A stretch of DNA of 64,000 nucleotides from Hydrolagus affinis. Its lineage: Eukaryota. The notes below the pieces were generated by a model that made no database searches, was not told where the DNA came from, and worked only from the letters and a program-made list of their open reading frames with translations. The first letter of the stretch is position 1. Each line of letters starts with the position of its first letter. The translations under genes were made by a program, and so were the position numbers. Location: NCBI GenBank assembly GCA_012026655.1, contig JAAILG010000662.1, positions 1-64,000 on the forward strand. The letters run 5' to 3'. Shown here in pieces: positions 34,496-45,728 of this stretch.

Positions 34496-37400
34496 AAACC
34501 AAGTGATCAATTTGTTTAGAACACGTTGATACCAACTATCGGTATCAGAAGTTTGCACTGAACTTTACCCAAACTAGTCTATTTTTTAGAAGCCACGCTA
34601 TCAGCTCTCAGCACTAGCTTCTCCTTCAGACCCTTTAACTGACTGTTATTGTTGTGAAGCCAGTGAGACTTTAACTATGGTTCCGCTTATTTTACAGTTT
34701 TATTGGTGTATCTGTTAAGTGCTCAGCATAGACACACACACACACACACACATCTGTTCACCAGTGGCACGTGGTTTCAATTGATTGCAATGTCAGCAGC
34801 AACACAGTAGTGTCCAGAGGTGATTCTCCCCCATTGACTGGGACTTTGAGTGAGGGGGAGGTGAGCAGCTCCTCACTGTGAACAACACACTTGTAAATAC
34901 TGTACAGAGCGGGTGATACACGGGCTTGAGGTACAGTCTGTTTACGAATATCAATCTACGGTTTAGAAATGAGACAAGTGTTTGCTATAGAAATCCCTGC
35001 ACTCTGGAGTTGCCCTGTGAGGCAGTGCTATCAGTGTCAGACCTACACAGGCTAGCTTCACGTACTCGCAAAGCTCCTGCCATTGAATCTTGTTTTTTGG
35101 AAAGCCACCTGCCAGCTGTTGAGTTGACTCCACCCAGTAAAGTGTGGCGATCCGAACTATTTATTGGCACTCAATTTTTTGAAACTATGATCGCCCGATG
35201 TGCTCCATTTATCCGCCAGCGCCGAATTTCTGATTGACAAGCAACAGTCAAAGAACGAGAGTGTTTTCTTTCATTCGTCACCGATGGGGACAGAGTTGCA
35301 CACCCGAATATAAACCATCAGATTAAAACCATTGTAAATAATACAAGACCCCTCTCTCAATACTGTCAGGTTCTCTCTGGTTAGACTTACTGTTGCTGTG
35401 TGCATAATATTAGGTTCGTCGCCATAAACCGCCTCGCTATATTGTTTTTTTTTGCCAATGTAACTTCTCCCACTCGTCTATAACATACTGTACTATACTG
35501 TACGGTCTAGATGTGAGAGTCAAATCCCGCCAAAAAAAAAATCGACTCCACATGACACTTGGGAAGCCTATCGATCCCAGCCCTTGTCAGTGTGTCAGAG
35601 AAACTAGCTAAACGTCAACAAATGTAACATCTAAAGTGTTTGCAGCATTGAGAGACACCGATTAGAGCCCATTTCAGTGAATAACCTCTGGGTTTTTTTT
35701 TCAAAATGCCATATTTTCAGCAAAATCATTGCTTTAGATTTTCATCTAAAGAAAAATAGACTATTTAAAAGAGGCAAAATTATTACACTTGTAATTTCAG
35801 AAAACTTTAACTGTGCGCTTTCAGAGCAAAGAAACCTTCTTAAATTACCTCAAAAGTTGAAAACAAACTTTAAAGATGAAACTTTAAAATATTTCAAAAT
35901 TAAATATATTAACATGTGTGCAATCGACCAAGGAAATAAAGATTATTAGGATCCCGAAGGCAAAACAACTTTTAAAATATTAATATATGGATACCTAAAC
36001 ATGAAGGTATAATTTTAAAATTGATAATATGTAGTATGACGTGTCCTGCGACTGTCAGGATGGTGGGAAGTCAGCTGAATGGACCCGGTGGCCTGCTTTC
36101 CCTGGAAAATTATTGTGTTCTTAAGAGGCAAGATTTTTTTTTCAACTTGAATGAATAACGTAACTGGGTGTGCGTGAGAACCTGTGTGTGATAGACAGAT
36201 GGACAGACAGATAGTGTGTGAGATTAACAGTGAGGGAGCTTGTACATGTATATGTATGTGTGTGTGTGCCCGTGTGCCAGCCACTTAGTTTACGAACCAT
36301 GGACGAGTATAGTTATAAAAAGCAATGACATATTTTACTATTTCTACAGCCCACAGTTCTCATATGCAAATTACAAAGATAAATTGGTCGATGCGTTTGG
36401 AAATGTTATCTAATTAGGGCGTAAGAAATTTAATCTTTACAGCGAGCAGGTCAAATAATTACTGTTAATTTAACGCCCAAATTATCCTTCATTGATTTGT
36501 ATTCTTTTAAATGTAGTTTGGCAGGAAACCGTGATCCATACCAATGGATCTTATTTTATGTGTGAACACGGTGGTCCTCAGAGTGAATTATTGCAGCCCT
36601 TCCCATACAAATAACAAGATCACATCATGTATGCATTATTAAGCCATGTAATTGAATGCCCCATAGTTTGCATATCAAACTATTAAAATAATGTGTTTTT
36701 CTTTTCTTCAAACACGTAATGTTTAAGCCTCAGCGTCTATTTTGTGACTCTTGTAATTATCACCCAATTACAGTAAATGTTCTCTTCATTTGAATGATTT
36801 TTTTACCGTACATTTTTGCATTTCCACTACCATATTAGTATAGCCAGTGACGTACATTCTTACTGGAATCAGCTGTATGTCTAGATGTGTTTCTGTGTTG
36901 CTTTTCTTTTATTTCCGACAAGAAAAATATCATTAACGATTCAGATCTCTTTCCTGAATCCTTATATGGAAATCGTCACCAGACGAAAATCAACTGGCCG
37001 ATTTTAAATGATTATGAAACAACTGGCTTTAAATTGAATAACAGGTATTCTCAAGTCTAGAAAAAAAAATACAGGATTAGCAACAAAATAGGCAAAGATG
37101 CTAAGGAAATTGTTACCTATACAGCATTTTCATTTATAAAAAAAAATGTGTCTCTGGGCGATACGGCTTCCTCATTCTTTCACTTTTTATCTTGATATTG
37201 TACCAGTCAGCTTCCACTGGGATACACTATTAAGTAAAATTCTATCCATTCCTAATTACTTTGTCTTAGCTATCTCGGCTGCTTGCCTCTGTCTGCTTAC
37301 TTGTCATTAATCTAATCATTCATGTTTACTTACAGATGGCCCACACATTAAAAAAAGACACACATATACGCACTTGCATGTATGCATTTATAAATGCATG

Positions 37401-38591
37401 TATGCACACACATGCACAACACACTTGTACGAAGTTACGAACGTGTGTGTATATCAATATGTACAATAACGCACTAACAGATAAAAAGATTAGTGGGGTG
37501 ATAAACACACAAATGTATATATAAACCAATGGAAACAATGATAGCTTAACATTATTCCCCGTTCAATCTCTGCCTTGTTCTTTCTCAGTCGCGACATTCA
37601 CTTTCTCTATTACCTTCTCCTCATACACTTATTTTTTTAGTGTAATCAGAACTAACCGTTAAGTCTTTTGGAAGCCAAGTAGCACTGATAGGAAAGCAGC
37701 CCGCAGCCGTCAGCTCTGCACTTTGTAACATCTTTAGGATCAAAGCTTTTTTTTAACAGTCTCCTTTCTGCTTTATACTCCACAGTATATGTTTATTTCA
37801 GTTTTATGCGCCACTAAATCTTCTGCCACCGCAGTTATTTGTTTTCTACAAGCTTTCTTAGAGAAGCCAATTGCGTCCCCATTGCAAAATAAGAGTCCCT
37901 TTGATTGTCGGCAGAAAGTTTTTGGCTCCAGATCCATGAATGTGTTGAACACTCGGTTTCCTTACAGGGAAGTAAGCTTGTTGTTTGATTCAGAATCTCC
38001 TGAGCCTCACTACACGGGCACCAACTTAAAACAAATATTGCCTTTGTTATAAATCTCAAGCCTCGTGGAAAAGCTACTGACGTTGAAGTGCTGTTGTCTG
38101 CAGCCTGACTGCCAAATGAATTCAGCGCCTAATTTGCCACATATACACTGAAATTGTAAGAATCCACAATTTATGCCCTTTTGGCTGAAACGCTTTTTTT
38201 TGTATGTCTGTGTGTGTGTGTGTGTGTGTGTGGGGGGGGGGGGGGGTGATTTCCCGTTTCCGCTAAGTGATACGGTTCTGGAAAACCTGGCATCGCATTT
38301 CCTCGGATCAGATCCAGAAACTCTCTGTTCTGTCACATAGACAAAAGTTCACTCCAACTGGTTAACCGGCACCTCTTTCGGTTGATCGGTCAATGTGGCA
38401 TTTCAAATGATCAAAGTTTTCGTCTTCATACATATGTGTGTGTGTGTTGTGTGTGCATATATAGTGTAATAGGTGTGCTGTGTGTGTGTGAAGATGTCTA
38501 CATTGTAAAACAAGTCTGTTCAAATTAGTCTGTTTAAACCATTTGAACGCACGGCATTGTTTATGTTTATCAATGAATGGTTGACCAGGGA

Positions 38592-38625
<34 letters not shown>

Positions 38626-41600
38626 GCAGTGACGCCGCTCTACTTTGGCTCAGCGACGCTGTGCTGGAAAGCTCACTGGAACTCTTATTTTGGCTGAGTC
38701 GTTGCCCGACTTTCAGTGAGTTTAAAAGGAGCCTTCAGATGTGCGAGGACACCCAAACAGCTTTCGTGTGAGCTTTGTTGTTCCGTTTCTGCGCCTCACT
38801 ATAGCAACGCTGAGCGTCTGGACAAAAATGCACCTTCCTGGGACAATAGGACATCCTGAGGGGAGTACACAGAGAGAGGGAGAGAGAGGGAGAGAGCGCG
38901 GCGCATCTGTTACACTTTTCTCAGTATCTCTGCATCCAGCGCGGAAAATGAACAGCTATATCGTCAACCCCCCTCGTAATGATCGGAAAATTGGTTATTG
39001 AGATTGGAAAACGGGGCGATAAACGATTAAATGTGTTTCTGAGCACATTGGTTTAACAGAGGATCAAATGTGAAAGCTTCCCTGTGGCCGGTTTCAATTT
39101 ATTATCTGGAATTATTGTCTTAGAAGTTCTGAAAGATCTTTTTGCCCCCCTTGGGATGGGGGTGGGGGAGGAGGGAGGTGGGGGTAGGGGGGTTGTGTGG
39201 TGGGGGGGGGGGGGTGAGGGGGCGAAATGGAAAATAAATCGGTCATGTAAGATACAGCAGAGTGCCTCAGTCTCACAGTACGAATGTAATGTCCCGCAGA
39301 AACAGAGGGCGTTCTGTAAAGGGCACAAGGTCAGCCCCCCAGAAAGGACCTGGCCTCGCTGCCTGTAAAGAGCACAGATTTCGTTGAGAAGAAAGACATG
39401 ACCCTGTTTTAAAGTCTAAACAAAACTGCAACTCACTCCTCTGCCGGTGCAAACTTCTGTAAAGAATGACATCACCAGGGGAAAGGCTCAGCTCGCCTTA
39501 TTAGTGCAGCTTTGACCAAACGCTAACCCTCCAGTAGTCATCGGGATGGTGAAAGCGATTGAGGCATGTGTTATACCTTGTAGGGCACCACAACGTGAAG
39601 TTTCATATCGTCAATCACCACGTATGTAAGTCCAGCTCCAAGCACAATGTTCTTTTTTCAAAAAATCGCCATTTTTAAAACTTTTTTTAAAAAAAACTAT
39701 TGAATGAGTTCAGGATAGAATAAATGCTCTTCGGAATACAAGTGACAGTGTCAAGCCTAACATGCACTGCATTCACAAAACGTGGTGAAAAACTAATTAT
39801 GTCTGCACAACGTGCAAAGTTAGCGACGCTCTTCTATGTTACTCGAAACCTGCTGTCCCTTAAACACGTTTATCACTGGCGTTTCAGATCAGACAGTCCT
39901 CGGTTCTGAAATGCAGGCGGTCAGTGAGAGGAGCTGCGAGTAACTGGTGTTTGCATTAATTCACTAATAGGAAGGATGCAAACAAGAAGCCACTGTATAC
40001 AGCAGCAGCAGCAGCAGTGCAACTGCAGCTTCTGGGTGGAAGAGAAATGTGAGCGTCTGGGAACGCAGTTCTGTCCAGGAATATTCTTCTTGGGAGGCCA
40101 GCAGGTTCAAGTTTAACAAATTTGAGCCTCACTGAACACTTCCGGTTCATAATTGAAAGCATCTTTCTGGCTGTGATGTAAGTGAAAGTGACTAGAATGC
40201 AAATATAATTTCCAAAACTGCGCTTGTCAACACACACACACACACCAAGCCATTGGGGCTGGGAAACAACTCGGTGGGATCAGTGGAAAGATGAACGGAT
40301 TGAAGAAAGCTGAAATACAGCCTGATAAACTTTTACACTCACGGCATGGATACATGTTGAAATGAAAAGGCTGTCGTTTCGCGTTGCCAGCTTGAATGGG
40401 GCTGTACAATACAATACAAGAAAACTGTTATGTTGTTTATATTCAACAGGATGAACACCTTACCGACACAAAACCGATACGTGAATAGAAAGATAATAGA
40501 TGGAAACACAAAAGGCATAGGTGCCTGGCCAGGGAGAGAGGGTGGGATCAGTGTGGATAGAACAATGAATATAAAGGTGGGTAAAGAAAAAACAGAAGAG
40601 AAAGACAGTGAACTATCTTACCCCAAGGTGAATATCTACCCAAGTAAGTTGTTCTATTCAAACTCCACGATGCAAAACCATGTTCAATACATTAATGGTG
40701 TAAATAAAAAGCAAATGTGTTAATGATACCCAATTGAGGAATTCTCATCATTTGGTCACGGTGGCTTGGATAGATATGGTTTTTTTTAATACGTTATTTA
40801 TGTTCACTTTCCAATGGCCTAGGGGATATGGAGTACTTTAGAGTGGGACACACTAACTCAACAAAACTTCTTGCGCTGGAGACAGAGGGTTATATCACAG
40901 ATCCGTGTGCAGTTCAAAGGCTTGGGCCGTTTTAAAATCCCCGTCACGTCACAGTTAGCAGCTCTTGTATTTGAACAGCTGCTCGGAGGCTGAACTGAAG
41001 CAAACAGTAAAGTCTGGCTCTGAAACCGTGCACTGGCTACAACGCCTTGCAACCTGCTCTTGCGAGAAGGAGTCCTCCCTCACTGAACAGTTTTAATCCG
41101 TCCAGAGAGCCAGAGGAATGGAATATCATGAGTGACTACACGTGCGCCTGTCATGTCCATATGCATGGTTTGGCACTGGGACCTGAACTGGACAAAATAA
41201 ATACAAACACAGCGAAAAACATAATAAATATTTCTGTATGGTTTCAACAAGATATGTAAAACGCAGTGACACGCGTGTGAAGTGATTTGCATATGTTTTA
41301 TGCGTGTATAATAATAATCCTTGCATTATATACAATAAACACAAAGGTATTAACGATATGCATATATCAGTAAATATTTAACGACAATCATGCAATTACA
41401 CATCTTGCATATAACTGTACACCTATCTCAGCATTGATACCATCATATAGCGATGTGCAGCACACAAACAGAATTACACATATATAATGCGCACAAACTG
41501 AACGCTGATAGCTTCGTTACACTATTTATACGTGTATTCAAACTGCAAATGACTCGATTTGATTTCAAAATTCAGATGGATTTCAGACTTGGTATGAGTT

Positions 41601-43957
41601 TGGTCGTGTCCTTGATCAGTATCAGCCTTAATTTATTTATCTATTTCTATATTCCCGAGTCTTCATTCTTTAAATAATCATTATTCAATGCAGCTCAGTC
41701 GTGCCAGATGTTATCGTGTTATCGAACAACGAGCAGCCCGGATGCCTCCAATTGTGAAATATATACGTGTTATCACATTTATTTCACCTCTGTCTGCATA
41801 TGTTTAGTGCTGTTCTAGATGTGAAAGGAAAGTGCACCGCCCAGTATAGCGTGGTAAATGCACATCAGACTTACCCACCAGTACCTTGTCCTTGTCTGTC
41901 AATCTAAACGTGTGGACATGCGCTGTACACACATCAAGTTTGATGCATGTCATAACATGGATTGGATTGTGGGATGTTGCGTCCATTCTACATGTTATCT
42001 TGCAGCCAGCGCCAAACTGATTCACGGCTATACCACGGTATGGCTCGTCTCAGACACAGTGACACAGCCGTATGTTGTGCAATTGGCAGCTGTAGACTGG
42101 GATATTTGCGTCACATTTACATTACACCAGAAGAAATTTTTTATGATAATGCACTGGAGCATGCTCATTAAGTCAATGTAAGATGCAGTCCCTGATAGTG
42201 CTGTTCACAATACCAGATTTAGACTTAAAACTCAAAACATCATCAAATACAGATTCAGATTCAAGTCTAGTGGCGGGCAGACTCGGGCTCCACTTCAGTT
42301 CAGTCTCAGAAACAACTTTACATAAAGTCTGACTGTTCAGTGTCATTTGTCAATCAGATTATACCGGACATGGGCAATGCTTGGGATTTCAAATGAAGAT
42401 ACAGAATACTAATGTCTGACAGGAGGGTGAGGATCAGATTCTTTCCCAACATCAATCGGAAGCCCATCTGCAATGACGCTTTAAACCCGAGCAATTCCCA
42501 TTTCCAACCTAAAACGGTTTCCATGTAACTGTGTGATTGTACCAACCAGATCCGGTACAGCTGCACAGTAAGAGGAGAAAGTTGGTCACTGCTATAAATA
42601 CAGACACTGAGGGCCAATTGAAAAGAGGCTAAAGCAATATCAAGCCTGACTGAGACTGAGCTGGATTGCGACCTCACAGACGGATTACTACTCTGTTTGT
42701 ATTCTATTTGGGGCTGGGTAGGCAGTGTTCAGTCGCACCTCGCTTTCCCCTGAAGTGCATTCTGGCTAGAGACATAAGAGATTAGTTGGAATCTGCCTCG
42801 TCTCGCTTGACTGGGAGTGTCAGTGTTTCCCCACCGCCCCAGCCCCAACAGTCCTGTATTTACAAACCAGATTGCACCGGAAACGGGAAGCGAGGTGGTC
42901 CACGGATGACAGTATAGTATAAAGAGGTAAAGTCCGAGTCCGGAGCCGTGTCCTGATCTCAGACCAAGTCAAACACCGTTGGGCTGCATTGGGATATATC
43001 GCACTCGATTCAGTGCCTCACGGAGGTGACACAAGGCAGCCGGACCCCCATCGTTCATAGATGAGGAAACTTTAGTGCAGAGTGACCGCCGACCCGTGGA
43101 GGCAGAGTGCGCTGTGTCCCCTCTTTCCAATGTTATTTTTTTTAAAAACAAGAGAAATTGTACCAAACAGACTCAGTCACACAGCGTCGGCGAACGCCTT
43201 AAGTCCCCTGCACCCGTCTGATTAACGTTTCCAGTATCATTCACACACATGAACCAGATGCGCCCCACTCCCCCACCCCCTCCCTATTAAAATATTAACA
43301 TTTTCAATGGCACACAATGTGTAAGTTGGCGACCTGGAGCGAGCAGTGCTGGATTAGCTGGCTGCGCCCTTACAGCTGCTATGTGTTGTGTTTTGTGAAT
43401 TGGTAACGCCGCGCTCGGTCGCGATACAATGAACTGATTGTACAGTGCAGCTAAAGCTCTTGTGGCTCAAACAATACCCACGTCGGGGGAAAAAAGCAAC
43501 CTGCTCTGAAAACGATACGGTCAAATAAGAGGATTACACGCTGGAAATATAGAGTGAGAAACAACACGATATTATTATTAATGCGACCTGGAAAAGTATT
43601 GGATCTTTACTCGTTTGCTTCGAGACAGTGAGATAGACACACATACACAGAGAGAGAGAGAGCGCATTTGAGAAAATTTGGGGAGCACAAGCACTTGTGA
43701 GCACATTCCTCTTTCAAACGGGGACACAGCTCAGCCAGTTCCCAACAATACAACCATTCTGAAAGGCAGGGCAAGTCTTGGGCTCTTTGGCAAACTTCCC
43801 TTACACGACTGCTGTAAATGTATAGCTATTGTTTTCTCAGCCTGTGATAAACTTCTCTAATTGGGCTTGACTGATCGATCTCACAGGCACCTCTCCGAAT
43901 TTGTGTTATAAAAACTCCCACCGAATACCTTCCATCACTTTATGCAGACATTGCATT

Positions 43958-44037
43958 GGGAGGAGGGAAGGGGTGGGGGGGGGGTAGGGGAAGAGAGGGT
44001 GGGGAGGGAGGGAGGGTGGGAGGTGGTGGGGGTGGGA
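43958..44037 (+). repeat. G-rich tract with G-quadruplex potential upstream of POU3F2
   Basis: More than ten GGG runs with short loops. Confidence 0.7.
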
Positions 44038-44139
44038 CTGGTTGAGATTTGAGGCTGTTCATTTTGTTGCTTTTGTTTTGATTTCCATTTCTAAGAGATG
44101 GAAGCAGAGTCTCCCCCCCCCACCCCGTCTCCCCCCACC

Positions 44140-44270
44140 CATCTCTCCCTCTCTCACACACACACACTGTGTGTGTCTGTGTCTGTCTGTCTCTATCACT
44201 CTCTCTGTGTCTGTCTCTACCACTCTCTCTGTCTGTATCACTCTGTCTGTATCACTCTGCCTATCTCTCC
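44140..44270. repeat. CT/CA-rich degenerate tandem repeat
   Basis: Repeated (C/G)TATCACTCT(CT)GTCT-like units. Confidence 0.75.
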
Positions 44271-44324
44271 GCTTCTCCTCCTTCCGCGTGGTTGCCCTGC
44301 CTGTGCCGACTGCCTTGGGTCTAA

Positions 44325-44582
44325 AGAGCCATATATAAAAAAAGCCCTCCCCCCCCCCCCCCACTGGGGTCTGATCCTCCAATGGCGTGTCTCGGATGCT
44401 GTTACCCGGCCAGGGTTGCCATGGGCCGTCCTGTCAATCACCCAGCGGTCAGCCAATGGGCGGCCAGAGCCGGCGCGCAGAGCGTCGGCTTCCTGCTCGG
44501 CGCTGCAAATGATCCGAGCTCGGTGCAAGTTGTCAAAGGCTCGGCTCGTTTAACAAGTCAGATCACTCCGGCTTAGCAAGTC
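44325..44582 (+). promoter_or_regulatory. POU3F2 proximal promoter and 5' UTR
   Basis: CpG/GC-rich. CCAAT at 44379 and 44453; CTGTCAATCA (reverse complement of TGATTGACAG, PBX-MEIS/PREP) at 44431-44440; RFX-like GTTGCCATGG at about 44415; TATA-like run at 44331-44343; Kozak-type GTCATGG. Confidence 0.7.
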
Positions 44583-45728
44583 ATGGCGACCACAGCATCT
44601 AATCATTACATTACAAGCGGCAACATCCTCACCTCCAACTCCATCGTGCACTCGGAGCCAGGGAGCATGCAACAAGGGACAGTCTACAGGGATGCACAGA
44701 AACTGGTCCAGAATGATTACATGCAGAGCAATGGGCACCCTCTAAGCCACGCTCATCAATGGTTAACCGCGCTCTCTCACGCCGAGGGGTCTCCGTGGTC
44801 GGCCGGGGTGGGGGGCAGCCCCCTCGGCCAGCAAGACATCAAGCCCTCGGTGCAAACGGGGAGGGATGATCTCCACAGCGGAGCCACCCTGCACCACCGG
44901 CCCCCTCACATGGCCCACCAGCACGGCAACCACCACGGAGCATGGGGCGCCACCACTTCAGCCCATATCCCCAGCATGGCATCCAACGGGCAGGGTCTCA
45001 TCTATTCCCAGCCGGGCTTTACGGTCAACGGCATGATCAACCCGGCGGCGGCTCAGGGCATGCACCACGGGCTAAGGGAACCTCACGACGACCACCACAA
45101 CGACCACGTCCAACACCAGCATCACCACCAACAGCAGCAGCAGCAGCAACAGCAGCATCAGGGTCACGATCACTCGGACGAGGACACCCCGACCTCGGAC
45201 GACTTGGAGCAGTTTGCCAAGCAATTCAAGCAGAGGAGGATCAAGCTTGGATTTACCCAGGCCGATGTGGGACTAGCTCTCGGGACCCTCTATGGCAACG
45301 TCTTCTCTCAGACCACTATCTGCAGGTTCGAAGCGCTGCAGCTCAGCTTTAAAAACATGTGCAAACTCAAACCCTTGTTGAACAAGTGGCTGGAGGAGGC
45401 TGACTCTACATCTGGGAGCCCCACCAGCATAGACAAAATCGCAGCCCAGGGCAGGAAGAGGAAAAAGAGGACCTCTATCGAGGTGAGCGTCAAGGGGGCT
45501 TTGGAGAGCCATTTTTTGAAGTGTCCCAAGCCCTCAGCCCAGGAAATCACCAGTCTAGCGGACAGTCTTCAGCTCGAGAAGGAGGTGGTCAGGGTTTGGT
45601 TTTGTAACAGGCGACAGAAAGAGAAACGCATGACTCCTCCCGGAGGAACTCATCCCGGAGCCGAGGATGTATATGGGGCCAGGGACACTCCACCGTCACA
45701 TCTTGGGGTTCAGACTCCTGTACAGTGA
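44583..45728 (+). CDS. POU3F2: POU domain class 3 transcription factor 2 (BRN2), single exon, 381 aa
   Basis: Class III POU-specific domain ([33 protein letters not shown], from about 45180) and POU homeodomain ([10 protein letters not shown]...[14 protein letters not shown], 45453-45632). The N-terminal MATTASNHY and [13 protein letters not shown] and the C-terminal [27 protein letters not shown] fit POU3F2 better than POU3F1, POU3F3 or POU3F4. Confidence 0.95.
   Translation: MATTASNHYITSGNILTSNSIVHSEPGSMQQGTVYRDAQKLVQNDYMQSNGHPLSHAHQWLTALSHAEGSPWSAGVGGSPLGQQDIKPSVQTGRDDLHSGATLHHRPPHMAHQHGNHHGAWGATTSAHIPSMASNGQGLIYSQPGFTVNGMINPAAAQGMHHGLREPHDDHHNDHVQHQHHHQQQQQQQQQHQGHDHSDEDTPTSDDLEQFAKQFKQRRIKLGFTQADVGLALGTLYGNVFSQTTICRFEALQLSFKNMCKLKPLLNKWLEEADSTSGSPTSIDKIAAQGRKRKKRTSIEVSVKGALESHFLKCPKPSAQEITSLADSLQLEKEVVRVWFCNRRQKEKRMTPPGGTHPGAEDVYGARDTPPSHLGVQTPVQ

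Noticed and set aside
33152-34519. Cluster of overlapping ORFs
   Set aside because: Artefact of stop-poor low-complexity sequence.
44942-45550. Alternative-frame and antisense ORFs within POU3F2
   Set aside because: Expected shadows of a GC-rich CDS; no independent support.
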